Source: Albugo candida (lineage: Eukaryota). From it: a DNA stretch of 64,000 nt. The stretch's first letter is position 1, and each line of letters begins with the position of its first letter. Under the pieces are notes generated by a model that was not told the origin of the DNA, did not search any database, and worked only from the letters and a program-made list of their open reading frames with translations. This document shows positions 24,421 through 38,256 of the stretch, piece by piece. The position numbers and the translations under genes are program-made. The stretch covers positions 1 to 64,000 of the forward strand of contig JBDOQK010000013.1 of the NCBI GenBank assembly GCA_040437565.1, given 5' to 3'.

Positions 24421-27400
24421 TCACTTGTCACCAGAGTAAATGGCAATGACAGAATCAGTTGCACCGGCTGCAAGATATAATCTATGGGGATGAAATGCCA
24501 AACACGAGACAGGACCAATCCGTTCACCTAAAAATCCTTCATGATAGCGAATCAAAGCGAGTTCTTCCCCGTCGCAGCGGAACACTTTGATAAATTGATT
24601 GTGAGAGCCACTAACATAGCGTCATGAGTTCAATCCAATGATGCAGGTCGAAAATTTCTCTACAAGCTTACCTTGCAAAGATGGGAGCATAATCGTGCAC
24701 AGCTAGAGCCGTCATTGTAGACCGACGCGTTTCCAGGAATTTCGTGCTATTTCTTGGGTGGCGTAAGTCCCAGAATTTCAGTTCACCTGAAACCGAGCCT
24801 GACAACATCTCATATCTATTCTTGTACAAATGCGTTTGCACTATCCATGACGTATGTTCTTGCATCGTCATGCGTATTGCTACCTCTGGTCGACACCGGG
24901 AATCAAACAAGCGTAATTTTCCATCTCCGAATCCGGCCACCACAATATCAGAAATGCTTTCATCAGTCGACATGCTAGTAATGCATGAATCCGTGTAGGT
25001 GGGGAGGTTAAAGACGCATTTTTCGTATTCTAGATTCCAGCCCCGTACAGAATTTGAATAACCGCCAGCAAAAAGCACGCCCGTCGCTTGTTGCCAAGCT
25101 GTTATTAATCCTGATCCTCTTGTGCCAGGAACCAAGTCAGGAACAGCTGTAAAAGCGGTCAAAAGTTGCGGGGCTGAAGATGACATTTGCGGTGTGTGTA
25201 AACCATGATAAACTTTTATAACACCATCATCCGATCCACAAGTAAGTAAACTCTCTGCATTTTCGTTGATCCAGCTTAACGATGTCAGTCGAGAGCTATG
25301 AACACATGTATCAGTGCCAGCTACAGTTCAACTCTATTACAATCGATCACGTACCCTGTGGGATTGTTGTTGCTAAATACTTTGAGCTTCCGTTCATTTT
25401 CCTCGATGTTGTATAAGGAGATCTGATCTTTGTCATCCGCCACAACAAGAATTGGTTCGTACGGGTGAAAAAGTAATAGCGATGTCATTTCTGAATCATT
25501 ATTCAATATCGCACGTTGCCGTAATGTTAGAGAAAAGCGTTTGATTTCTTCTCGATTCCCGTACGCAAGTGGCTGACTGCTACCACGCAAATTTATTCCG
25601 TCGCTACTTGATAGAGACGTGTGTTCGGATGAGAAGAAGCTTCCATTCGTATTCATTGTCGATGGATCTGTTATTGTAACTGGAGAACTGCGTCGACAAA
25701 TTTTGACAAAGTAGCCTGGAGCAATATTAAATGCAGATTGACGAATGCGGTCATAACGCCTAGTTCGTTCCATTTTTGTTGCTCCTTTGCTACTCAACGG
25801 GTCATTTTCTTCAATGACGCCTTCCTGCGCTGGTATATTCAGTAGACTACAGCACCAATCAAAGTATTTGGACACAAGCGTCGGCGGGAATGTGTACTGT
25901 CGATCCGGATGGTGTGTCGATACGTTTGGGTAAGGTTCTGTTCCTGCTTTTTGTGCAAGATTCAGCTCTGAGCGAAAATGACGTGAGTTACTGAGGGTAC
26001 TAGTGGCATTGGCGCAGGCAACGTGAACATTGATATTGTCAGATACTTTGTGCGGTGTAACATCACAACTAACGTCTGTTTCTGCAGGATCGATGTGCTG
26101 TTGATTCAGCTCTCTGAAATTCCCGACAGAGTGAGAACGTCGTAGAGTGAACGAGACTTTATCTTGGTCGTCTGAAGTCACAGTAATTGATCTATTCTGC
26201 TCCGTTGTTGGGGCAGTAGGTTGATCCTTATGCTGTGAGATTGTTGTTTTTCGAACGAGTGGCTGATAGGGTGTGTTATCAAAAGATGATTTCAGATTTA
26301 CGTGCGTCTCTTGTATGACTAAACCCATTTGTATAGTGCTTTTATTACATGATACTTTGTCATCATCAGCAGCCACTCTCTCTATGTTGATTAAAGCCAT
26401 TGAGAGCTTTCGCCTTGTTTGCTCAATAGCTAGTACTCCGCTATTAACCTGACCAATAATGACCTTGACCAGATTGGCCACCGGCGGAAATGGGTCATTT
26501 GCTTGCAGCTCCTTCAATATGTGCCATATTTTCACATATGAATTAGTGATGACTCCAAAAACATCACGTAAGGTATCACCTGTCAGCTCTCTTGTGTCCT
26601 TACGATGACGACGTTCAGATGGTGTGTCATTTGTATATTCTGCGCTCTCAAACTCACTCCCTGTAGCTTTGTCGGTATACCCCATCGATGCTTTGCTGAT
26701 AAAGCTACTGTTTTTGTAATGCTGCGCAACAAGTTCAAACCTCGAACGATGACTATGATGTAAAATAATGGCGGCGAGAGCTAAAACACTTTCTCGCCGT
26801 ACCAGTGGCGATGCGTCGGCACAAGTCCATATCAGATTGATAGCGAGAGAAATATCGACATCGAACCACTTATAAGCGGGAGTAGTATGAGGTTCGCCGA
26901 TAGGAAAGGTTGGGTCATGACTCGACGATGAGCGATCTTGCACTGTGCTTTTGTGTTGGGATTGAGTAGGATGAGTCGAGAGATTCGTGTCCAGTGCTGA
27001 GGTACCGATGACTTTTCCGATCGCGTATGCTGCAGAAGCACGAACCTCTGGCCATTCGTCAAGTAGGCGAGCGCTAAGTTGTGCTGGAATCTCGTTCATC
27101 ACTATCACTTCTTTAGATTCGACATTTTTTTCACAAAGTTTGGCGAGGCAGAAACAGCTCCATTTCCGAACCTCAGGATCAGGATCGGTCAACAATGCGG
27201 ATGCAATTCTGTGTAAACCTTGCGCCAAACAGCGTTGTTGACCTTGAGAAAAATTGTTGCAGATTAAAGACAGAATAAATGCCGCTATGGCCTTTTGTTC
27301 AGACGGTAATTTTGAATTCGGACAAAGATGTTGTGATCCAGGAGCAGGTTGCAATTCTTCCATGAGATGAGATATGAAGTAGGAATGTCCGTTGTCTTTG

Positions 27401-29148
27401 ATGATGTCAGCCTGGCAACTTGGATCCAAAGCCAGGATTTTTGCCCATATACAAACCAGCATTTGCCTCAATTCGCCTGCTGGCGACTGTAAAAGTTTGA
27501 GTACATACGGGAAAATCCCAACAGAGAGTGCAAGGTTGACTGCCCAAGGTCCCAGGTCCAGAAACGTTTTGAGCAATTCTAATGCCCGCAGTCGATGAAC
27601 TTGGCTTAATAGAACCTGCAATACCATTGGGAGTTGTTGTGGAGGTGACTTCGCCGAACAACCGAATTGTAACCAGATTTCAAAAGCCGTGAGTTGTTCG
27701 GCAAAGAATCGTGAAGGCTCCACTTGGCGGTCTTCCCGAGGATTCGAAAGAGCCATATCTCTTGGTCCAGCCTGGCGACACAGTTGTGATAGACACTTTT
27801 CTGCTGCTAGATCCCACGATCGCCATAATGGATGATGGTGTGTCGCAGGCAATTTTGGTATTGAGCATGGAGAACATCCCGTTGACTTCATAATTCTTTC
27901 CGCCAGCAGAAAATTTCGAAAAAGTGACGCGAGTAAAAGATCCTGGCGGAAGAGCTTTTGAAAAAGTGACTGTGGAAGCACATTCCATGCAATGGTGTCG
28001 GTGATTGCTGTGAAAATCCAATTTAGTTCCCCAAGCGGAGTTTTCCGATCGGTCAATTTGCCAGGTATGCGTTCTATAGAGTTGATGTCGATATGTGCCA
28101 TTGAGAGTCTATTTTGTGAGATGAACCAGCGTAAAGCGACTGTAATTGGAGTTGTAAGGCAAGATGTGAATACATCGGCACACAACTCGAGATTCATTGG
28201 GAGTAATTCATCTGGTCCGCATGCCGCTAATACGATTGCTTCCATGCTGGAGTCAACCTTTATGTCCTTACCCAATCCACAATCAACATCGGAGAAGGAG
28301 GAGGTAAAATGGTGGAGAAGTACCCCCGCATTCGAGCAATCAAACACATAAATGGAAGGCATCCCGATCCAACTCTGCAGATCATATAATAACAAAGGAA
28401 TGTACTGCGTATAGCTTTTGTTGAATACCCAAATTTCTCCATTTGCGGTCGGTCTTGGCACACCATGTCCATTGTAATGAAACAGCACCCTGTCTTTCTT
28501 TGCATGTCGTCGCAGTAAATGACAAAGTTGCTTTGTTTCGTCAACTGTGGGATCTAGACTTTGTCTATAACGCGCCCGTGGTTGCCAGCGTTCATACTGT
28601 GACTGTAAAGTCTTACCAATTGTCTCCAAAGCTTTCTGCGCTGGCATCGAAAACGGATCGACCCAGCACTCTTTACGAGCGCACGGCGATGATTTCACGA
28701 CGTCTGGTGGATCTGTTCCAATGTTGAGACAAAGAACAAGCGCTACATCCATCGTTTTCATTCTTTCCACCATCCTCCAAGAGATTATCGGCGGCACTGG
28801 AGGGTCCGCATTATGATCGATGTGCATTGACCTCATAAACTGAAATATACGCTCCTTCCGCGTAACCGAAGCATTCACTTGTGAAGAGAATCCTGCGTTA
28901 TTAGATAGTGTGTGTGTCCTACAATCGTGCTGCGGCCCAAAAGTAGTCGTAGAATCGATTTGCATCGTGTGCACATTTTGATGCTTTTCGAACAAAGGCT
29001 TCGTATTGTGGTGATACATTGCGTGCTTTGAGCCGTTGGAAGGAGAGGCGTACACAAAATCCGTTTTGCTCGAGATTGATGAGAAATCTACTGTGGACTG
29101 CAACAAGTCAGAACCATCTCGACCAAACTGTCGAGATTTTTGTATCAT
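24421..29148 (-). CDS. RPTOR: Regulatory-associated protein of TOR (Raptor/KOG1), 3 exons
   Basis: RNC domain (WRMVERMKTMDVALVLCLNIGTDPPDVVK, VLFHYNGHGVP, YVFDCS), HEAT repeats and C-terminal WD40s. GT-AG introns 25354-25296 and 24671-24611 keep the frame (NNPTG/SRLTSL; IFAS/GSHNQFIK). Ends GFLGERIGPVSCLAFHPH...YSGDK* at 24421. Confidence 0.97.
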
Positions 29149-30066
29149 TTACAGCGTCGAGCCAAATTTGGAACACGAAGTATTAATTCTGACAGATCGT
29201 ATGACGGCCTCATTCGACGGAGTGGTAGGAGCATTTCAAAGCTTTTTGCGGCATGGATGTGCATCTTTTTCATTAAAATGTAGTACTGCTTTACAGAGAT
29301 ACAATCAGAGGCTAAGAAAATCGGCACCGAGGTGATCAATGCTCGCTACAGACCGATACTTCCGATACAAACGCATGAGATATTTCTAGGTCATACATGA
29401 GGTTCTGGACACAGTATCGTATCATGCAGTCGATGTGCATCAATGGACAGCAGAAATTACCAAAAAATGCCTTAAAGAGCTGAAAAATATTGCGAATGGA
29501 GCGGCCGGATTTAAATTTATTGGTACGCGATGGAGCACAAAAAAACTCGTAATGACTCCATAACACTATGGTCTTTTCAGTGAATTGCGCGATATTGCAA
29601 AAGCGAAACACTGGTTTCCATCAAACAACTTCCTGCTTTTGGGACGCAAAACGAGACGGTAAAAAGCGTTTTGTTTCGAGATTTTATCTTCACAGTGAAT
29701 CCTTTAGGGAGTGTCGTCGTTCGATGGGAAAATGCGACCATGGCATGCATCTTAACAATCTATTGCGTCAGTCTGCAAATGTAGAAGAATGCTGGTTAGT
29801 TACAGAAAAGAATAAATTTGATGCGTGCAGGCCGAGTGATGAAGCGGGGCGCACTTGATCATTATTTTCACAACAGGCTTTGTCTAATCGCATTAATAAG
29901 GCGATACCAATCATATGACGATATGAAGAGCTGATGAAAATCACAATAGGGTTTCTGACTATCACTGTGCCTCGACAGCAGCGGACACAATCTCCACAAC
30001 ACAGCTGAGCTCACCTTTTTGACAGTGTGTCTCTTCAAGGTCAATAATTTCAATACAGATTCATTT

Positions 30067-33000
30067 ATGATAGCAAAAGCTACGCGAGCACTTTCACTCG
30101 CATTTTTTTGGACACTTGAGATCATAAATTTGAGTCAAAAAATACCACCAAACTGCCAGAATTCAGAGTATTTTGATGAAACAGCGCTTCATTGCGTATC
30201 ATGTCGCAACTCGACGGTAGAATTGCTACCGAGCCTCCATTTTACGGGTTGTTGATCCTCGTTTAGGTGGCCGATACATCAACCGTCAATAGTTTACAAC
30301 TTCCGACAAAATGTCGATGTCCGTAAGTCACTGATCGATTTCTGAAAAAACAAGTACATATCTTCTCAATGCGGAACAGAAATAATGCCATTCGGATACG
30401 CAATTTAGCGGTGGACTGTCGGGCGATGTGGCCGGCCCCATGCAACCCGTACATTTGCCATACTTGTCCCATCGACACAGTACCCAGCAAGGATGGTTTG
30501 CATTGCATGATGTGCGGAAATTCCACTGACGGTATCGATCCGTCCACAAATGACTGCGTGTGTCGTTCTGATCAAGTTTTGCGGGAAAAAACAAAAGTCT
30601 GAAGTCTTCTATTCATATGTCAGAGCCATACTCATCAGCTCTTTCAATCAGGAGGGGGGCTATTACCCCGCCAAAATATGTGTCACCTGTCCTACTTTGA
30701 TGGTTAACGACAGCGAGAGATACATGTACTCAACGTCTACCGATCCGAACATGATATGGATCAATTCTCGCTTTCAATGCAAAAGTGGATTCCAATATAT
30801 ATCGTCTGTCTTTCTTGAAAAAGGCTTTTGTATATCATCATCTCAAATCACTGAATTGGCGGCAAGCTTAAGACTATCAAATATCAGTACTGGCGAAAGC
30901 GGTGACTATAGAACATTTTCTGCTGGCAAGTCTTTGACCCAATTATCTACTCGTAGCCCTCATTCGAGGCATTTTCCCTTTGGCCTCGATAAAATGTTAC
31001 TATTATGAGACTGAAGCGGATGGATTGTACTGCAGAACACTTGCAAATTTGTGCGTGCTCAGCCATTTTCAGGCACATTCGTCGACCTGTAGCTTTTTGC
31101 AGTCACTGGATGCGAGAAGGAAGGCAAGTCAAAGCGGTATTGTCACGAGGTCAACAATCCCATCTCTCTCCTACAACTCGACAAAACGATCCATTCTGGA
31201 AAGTATCGATATTGGCATCAAGGTATTACTATTATGTACCCAATTTTCGTCCTCTAACGACGGTTTAGATGTCATATAAAGCGGACGCAGAAGACTCATA
31301 CGACCATCTCGACTTTTTGCTGTATGAGTATACGCTCAACGGCTCAATTCGAAGTGTCTCAAAACTTGGTAACAAACTTTCTTACTGCGCTCCTGAAAGT
31401 AAAATCGGTGATTCTTCCTGGCTCAATTTCGGGGTCAACGCTTATTTGAGAGAAAAATGTGACTTGGACACGTTGAAAGGCTCCAAACTGAGCTTTTACG
31501 AAATGTATTTGGTGGATCACTCGACAATTACGAAAAAGCTCGTTCCCATCCCAATTCTCAACCAGAAAACGGGACCTGACTCACCATTTCGACATCGTTT
31601 TTTTCTGTACGACTTTGTGTCCAACTTCTCAAAGGATCAAGCTGAATCGGAGACTTTTCAGTACGCCGATCGTGTGCGCTTGGATGTGTTTACACGGAGT
31701 CGGGACAATCAGCACATTTATGCGCCTATTCTTACAATTTCGTATCGAGAAACAAGCCAGCCTAAAGTCGAGCATCTCATTTTTGAGGTGGCATACTCGT
31801 CAAATGGATCAAAGCTTATAACATTACAAATCGTATTTCTCATCATTTCTTTTGTCTTCACGGTCGCTTTTGTGGTATTGGGACTCATTTCAAGACAAAG
31901 ACTTTTATGCCACAATAGATGGACGAATCGCTTTATTTGGCAACAAATGTACGCATTCTCACAACTCACACTGGCGGTCTTTTACAAGTGCAGTTTTGTA
32001 TCGTTATTGGCGTTCAGTGGATACGTGTACGTCCTGTTCGAGCATTTTCCAAGCGTTCGTCTACTGCTCTCATCAGAGACGAGTGAAAAAACATACTCAC
32101 CGTATGCAACAGGAAATGACGTAAATCGCACTTTTGATATCTCTGCACACGTTGTACTTGGCTTTGTTTGGCTTCATCTCGTTGTCACGCTCAAGAAACA
32201 GAGTCAGCTCCAAGTCTTCTTCCTCGATTTCGAGAAAACTAAAGCGCATGGAGCAAGTTTGAATGCATGGAGAACGATTCTAGCAGCGAGGGAATGGTAT
32301 TCTCTCACAACTGTCCGTAAAAGTTCGTTTTTCTGGACATTAATCACACTCATCTTCTTGTTGGACGGAATGGGATGCAATTTCACGGTACCTATTCCGG
32401 GAGCTCAGAAGCATCATACGACACTTTCAGAGCAAAACCAGCTCGGAAAGAATGGTATGCTTTCTTTCGCAGCCATCTCCTTCCTGTGGCTTGGAATTTG
32501 GCTTGGTCAACGCTTGTGGAAATTCGCTATCTACGAGCGATATTTCACTGAACCACGGGAAAGTGCATTCATCGATCTCTGCACAATGGCTAAGATAAGC
32601 TGCTTCTTGCTAGAAAGTAATAGTTGCGCGTATTACCTGCACTGTCGATCTCCATATCCGTACGCGGAACAAAGTATGGAAGAACTAGTGGATCAACTCG
32701 AGAGTGGACAGACTGGAGACTTGGATCGCGGTCTTGATCGAAGCCTTCCTGGATGTCAAACGTTTCAAGTCCTCACGACCCGTCTATGGCAAAGACATTT
32801 GCATGGGGCTTTGCAAAGCGCTTCAAAGAGAGCGACGCAGGCAAAGTATCGGTCAGAAATGCAAAAGCCGAAATGGCGGGCAAAGGATACCAATGCCATT
32901 TGTATATTTCTCAAAGCTTTTATCGAGAATCAAGACGAGCGATTTCGATGGCGTTTGCATCGCCATCATACAGCCATTGGTCGGCTTTTCGGGCTCCTCC

Positions 33001-33359
33001 CAAATATGTCCACTGTTCGGCATTCCTACTTCGTTCCGGGTTTGTTAGAGCTTTCTTTGAACTGTTCCTAAGGACTGATTACGTAGATCAACACCACGCG
33101 TTCACAAAGCTTATTTTTCTGGGGATTGAGACTGATTTGATGATAGCCAACATTTTGGTATGTGTGTCGATGTAAAAGCTATTTGGCATTTTGACGCAAT
33201 TCTTAGAGCTTTTATGTCGTCAATTTATGGAGCGGTAATCATTTGGTATCGGCTTTTGCAACGAGCGTTTTGGAAGAGATTCTATGGAGAATTCGACGAT
33301 ATCTTGCAAAAAGAGATTTGGAGCGAGCCTGCTTGGTAGACAGCAGATTTCTGATCTGA
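30067..33359 (+). CDS. MKS3: Meckelin (ciliary transition-zone protein), multi-exon
   Basis: Signal peptide plus Cys-rich N-terminus (CQNSEYFDETALHCVSC; CHTCPIDTVPSKDGLHCMMC), then CRTLANLCVL, VFFLDFEK, AWRTILAAREW, FIDLCTMAKISCFLL..YYLHCRSPYPYAE..RGL and several TM segments. Ends LVDSRFLI*. Exon boundaries only partly resolved. Confidence 0.9.
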
Positions 33360-33581
33360 CGACTGTAGAGCGCATTTTTCGCAGAAAGTTATACAGTGAA
33401 CAGTTGAGCGGATGAAACGCCCGTCAGATACTCGATCATTACGTCCTACTTCCATCTTGTGCCTTCTTTATAATGAGCCATACATCTCCCGACGAAGAAG
33501 TTCGCATTGCATTTCCATTTGCCAAATTCTTCAATACAAGACCGTCTTGTAATTGATCTAGAACAGGTGGCTATCGCTGAA

Positions 33582-34148
33582 ATGAGGAACATTCAATGGC
33601 TGTGTATGGCGATGATGTCGCTTTACATGTGCGCATTTATCCGCTCTGACAACATTTGGGATGAGGGGGATCAAATAGATGCCTCAGATGAACCCGTAGA
33701 GAACTCGGAAGATTCGAAAGAAACTATAAATCTTTCAGAAGAACAAATAAAAGTCATGCAACAAGCATTCCAACACATCTTCCCCACTCTTACAGATGAA
33801 TGCAAGGAAGAAATGCAAGAAAGCTCTGGGGATATGGATAAAGTGTCGACGGAATGTAAAGAGGATATTAATGAGAAAGTAAAAGCGCGCATAGAGGCAA
33901 AAGCAGCCAGAGAAGCTCGCAAACAAGCGCAAACGGAGAAGAAACAAAGCAAGAAGCGAACAAAACGAAAGAAAAAGTCATCAAAAACGAACAAGGCTAA
34001 AAAGCCCGATGGAATGCGGGAACTCATGATCATTGGATACTTTTTCGCGGCTGTTTTTGTCGTTGTGACCGGTTATATGCTTTTTGTCAATCAAAAGCTT
34101 AAAGCCGCGGGGAAATACTTCCCAGAAAACGCCACCAAGCAAGAATAA
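33582..34148 (+). CDS. Hypothetical single-pass membrane protein (signal peptide, acidic then Lys-rich region, C-terminal TM)
   Basis: ATG at 33582 gives MRNIQWLCMAMMSLYMCAFIRS (signal-like). TM segment LMIIGYFFAAVFVVVTGYMLFV lies near the C-terminus. Single exon. Confidence 0.75.
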   Translation: MRNIQWLCMAMMSLYMCAFIRSDNIWDEGDQIDASDEPVENSEDSKETINLSEEQIKVMQQAFQHIFPTLTDECKEEMQESSGDMDKVSTECKEDINEKVKARIEAKAAREARKQAQTEKKQSKKRTKRKKKSSKTNKAKKPDGMRELMIIGYFFAAVFVVVTGYMLFVNQKLKAAGKYFPENATKQE

Positions 34149-34300
34149 GGCAGTTGTCCGCTCCTCAACTGAGAACTGGTCTCCATAGATAGATAACATT
34201 TGAAAGTAAAATGTTACATTTGTCTGATTCTCGCTTTCAATTGTGACACTATGCACATCGGAGTCCAATGGAATCAGCCAATCCATCCTGAATGAAGCGA

Positions 34301-35683
34301 TCAACTACGTCTAATTGAATGAGACATCGATCTATTAGCTGATTCAGCGAAGATGTCGGCTCCATAAGGTGTAAATTTGCGTGTAGACTTCTTTCCTCAT
34401 TTGATCGATGATATTCCAATGGGATGAGCTGAGCCAGATCGCTCACTTTGACGTCCATTTGACCAACCTGAGCAGTGAAGTGGTATTATGCAGCTTGTGT
34501 CCGGGTAGTGGTATAATCATACCTTGGATAAAACGCTCGACAGCAAGGCTTCTTCACTGTCAAACATCAGTTGATGATTCTGTCCGCTTTGTGTGGCACG
34601 ACATTTACTTTTCCAAACTTGAAGCTCCTCGCTGAGCTTTTCAACCCGTCCTCGTTCTTGAGCTAGAGCTTTCACAAGTAGATCAAACTACGGAGAATTC
34701 AGCTGGATTCAAGCGTCCAGTAAAACGTCTGACCTCGCCAGCGGAAGCCTCATGTTTCCTAGACTCCTCACGAGCGATTTCCATCCCTGCCAACTGTAAA
34801 GAATGCATTCACCACTCGTACGAAAGAAGATGCCGGGCTAATTACCTTATACTCAATTTGCATATTATCCAAGCAATACTGTTGGTCGTAAAGCTGCGTC
34901 GAAAGTTTTTCAATATTGCTCTGAAGTGTTTCAATAGTCGCTACAGTACACAATTGCTGACCAATTATTGAAATTTGTCTGAGCGCTTGACCTACCTTCC
35001 TTCTCGTCAACCTTATCGCAAAAAGCTTTTTTTTCTCTTTGCACAGCTTCAAGCTCGCTACGAAGACACTGAGCCTTACTTTTTTCATTTTCGAGCATTT
35101 TATCCAGTTTTTCGGCTCGATTTTCAAGCGCCTGATACTTTGACTGTAAATCAGCGAGAAGTGCAGGATACCCGCTGTCTTGAAATCTTTTGACTGCTAC
35201 TTTTGCCATTTTGTACGCCTTCAAAGCCTTCGTTTTGGCTTGTTTCTGCTCCTGCAAACATTCGTAAATCGCTTGATTTTCCTGCTTCAGTTGTTCGATT
35301 TCCGTAAACAGATCCTTTACTTGTTTCTCGTACTCCTCCACACGCTCATCTTCTGACGTGTTGATGGAATTCGCATATTCTTCTTCTTTCTGATTGGAGT
35401 GCGGAGTGATGTGAATGAGCGATTGTATCGTCAAATCCTTTTGATTGAGCTGTGCTTCTAAGAAGAGGTTTCTCTCTTTCAGACTCTGCATTTCATTTTG
35501 CAATGAAATACTTTTCGTATAAAGTTTTGCCGTTTCTTTGGTAACATTTTGGATCCGCTGGCGGACAGTGGTATTCAAATGCTCCTCTGTTGCTGTTACT
35601 TGGGCCATTGACACAAAAATAGAGCAGAACGACTCCTCGGTAGTAGCGTTGATGGTGTTGAGCTCTTGGTCCGCTAGTACCAC
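34301..35683 (-). CDS. Coiled-coil protein of unknown function, multi-exon
   Basis: A 250-aa heptad-rich ORF (34931-35683) continues through GT-AG introns (EKE/ATIETLQSNIEK...). Start and last exon are uncertain. Confidence 0.65.
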
Positions 35684-35833
35684 GTCTACGGCAGTCAGTC
35701 AAGCAAAGAGTTCTCTGGTCATTCGGAGACACATGCGACCTTTCTTACAACAGCTACAGGCGCCTGATTGGCGAAAGCTATACACATAAATCATATGATT
35801 GGTCTAATTAGGCTATATCAGATCTGATGCGAA

Positions 35834-38168
35834 TCAGATTCGTTTAATCTGAATCCATGTTCGATCGGGAATTCCATGCGCATATGCTGCCTCTTGCGTT
35901 GCATCATGCGAAGCTGGAGCGGTCGATTCGAATTCTACTTTAAGCGTATCCAGTACTTGTTTATCGACTGCATCGATATTCAATACAGCAAACGTGCCAC
36001 CAGACTGCCCTTTACACATTTGCCCTGGGTTCAAAATGATCGAATCCCGAACGCGCTACACCACCCATTCAGAGAGAATTCAATACCATAGAACCGGAGC
36101 ACGTACACCCGTAAATCGATTCAAAATGGATGGAAGAATGAGAATATCGGGTGTTTGACGCAATTGAAAGCATTTCTGAAAGCGTAAATCCAAAGGCGCC
36201 TCAGTCTGTGAGGATAGAGGAAAGCACGGACAAAAGCTACGAACGAGGATGAAGCAACCAATTTCCCCAATTAGCCGTTTGACGCACCTTTTTTGCGTGA
36301 TAACTTGCTCGCTGAGCCTCAAAAGGCGATTGGAACTCTGTGTGGATGGCGTTCTAAGTCCAAATTCTGTTAGGTTGAATCGCCTTCCTAAAGAGAATCA
36401 GACCTGAAGAGCTCGTTGGAACTCAGCTCAAGGATGACATCGAGCGAGGAGATGCCAAACACGATGTTGTTGATGGTAAAGGTGCAAGGATTGGCCATGA
36501 AATGAACGCGCTACATTCAAAAAGGTTGATACTCCACTGATTACAGTCCATTTGATTCTTCTTTTCTTACGTTTGCATGAGCATTGTCAATGGCATCTTT
36601 CTTGCTTTGTGGGTGAAATGGTGGCTGAGGATACACAAAATGGTGATGTGCATCGCGTAGAGAAGGCACCAGAATGAATTGTAGCTCCGAATGAGCAGCC
36701 AGTGCTTTATCGAGCGATGTCAAAACTAATGTGCAAGATCAATGGAAAAGACCGTTGACGTATCATCCACACACCTTTGAATATGAATATATCTTGAAAG
36801 GATAAGAGCATTCCGTCATACAGCGCTTGCCCGTCCTTGAAACTAGGATGCGAGGCATCCACAAAGGGTCCGATCTTTGAATGCAAATGGATCAGCCGGC
36901 AAGCAACAGGAGGGATCGATGCATTACCAAAATCACAACATGCGGCTTCTCCGCTATAATGACTTGAATGAGATCGTCGAGAGGCTGAAATGCGACATTA
37001 TCGGCAGTTGTGAATGGACCACACGCCAAAAAGATTTTGAGCGGATGAAATTCTGACTTAGAAACGAATGGCTGCAGATCTTCTTTACGACTTGTGGCAA
37101 TAGGAGCCGCAATTGACTACAGGATTGCTCAATCACAAGAATTGAACATTACAACATTGTTCGTACGTCCAAGAAGCGCTTGACGACCATAGAGCCTCGA
37201 ACATCAGCATACACGCCTTCCAGAGCAACAATCTATAAAGTCATTTGAATACGTGGAGTAAAGGCACAAAAAACATTACTTTTCCGGGAAACAGCTGAAA
37301 GGATGAAAGACCACTCAGGTCGAGAAGCACACGTTGACCTCCACAAGAGCGTCGAGATCCTTCCAATTCCACGACATTGGCATTCAGCCTCCCCTCGGAG
37401 GCTTCACACACTATCCGCCCGACAACCGTCACGATCGCTGAAGATGGATTCCCAACAGCCCATAGCTCCTGAAGCGCATATTTCTCCTTGACCAGCTCTT
37501 CATATTCTTCTAATTGCTTATCTAAAGCCAATGCGCGTTGATACAAAGACGTGAACATATACGTCGTATCGACAGCCATATGATGACTACAATCGAATGC
37601 AATGTGTGCAGTCTTAATGGGTTTCGACCTCTCCTGAGTCAATTTTGGCTTTAAATGTGCATTGAATTCATTCACAATCGTTCCAGCATTCCTGCGATTT
37701 GCATACGTGTTTCCTGGAGGCGATGCAATAGAGCTGGAAAATGGTCAATAGACAGCTGGAATTTTCAGTAAAAATCACGCACTTTGGAGAAAATAAATCT
37801 GAGCCATTCGATGCGCTCAACGTATCGCTTTTCCTTTTGCCATTTGGCGTCAGAGAATGTTGCGATATATAAAGTTCGCGCTTGAAAATGGGTGTCAGCG
37901 ACGAGCGATTTTGCTGCTTTCGTTTTTTCAGTTCCTGAGCTCCTTTGCGCTGCGCCATGTGCGATCGAAACATTGTAAGCATGTCCGAATTCGTAGCATC
38001 CGGAAATTGATGATTCATTGAGAACGTGTCCCATTCCGCTGTCAATTCTTCGAGGGTGAGTGAAAAGTCTGCACATAGACATTGGAAGTGTGGTAGCGCG
38101 GCTTCTTCGATGTCTAAATTGCATACAGCGAACGCATTTCGAATGGCCGATATGTCATAAGAGCTCAT
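35834..38168 (-). CDS. POLA2: DNA polymerase alpha subunit B, multi-exon
   Basis: N-terminal LTLEELTAEWDTFSMNH, then VTVVGRIVCEA..LEGSR...FQLFPG, GPFVDASHP, ILVPSLRDAHHHFVYPQP, PDILILPS and NPGQMCKGQSGGTFA. Likely ATG at 38168. Confidence 0.93.
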
Positions 38169-38256
38169 GAGAATGCGAAAATGTGACAACGCATTTTCAT
38201 TGCACAAAAGTATGTTTTTCGCAATTCGGATTGGATAAAAACAAGGAATCGATGCA
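38169..38256. promoter_or_regulatory. Very short bidirectional promoter shared by POLA2 and APEX2
   Basis: Only 88 bp separate the divergent ATGs. Inr/FPR-like ACATTTTCGCATTCTC on the minus strand (38184-38169) and GCATTTTCATTGCAC on the plus strand (38191-38205). Confidence 0.6.
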
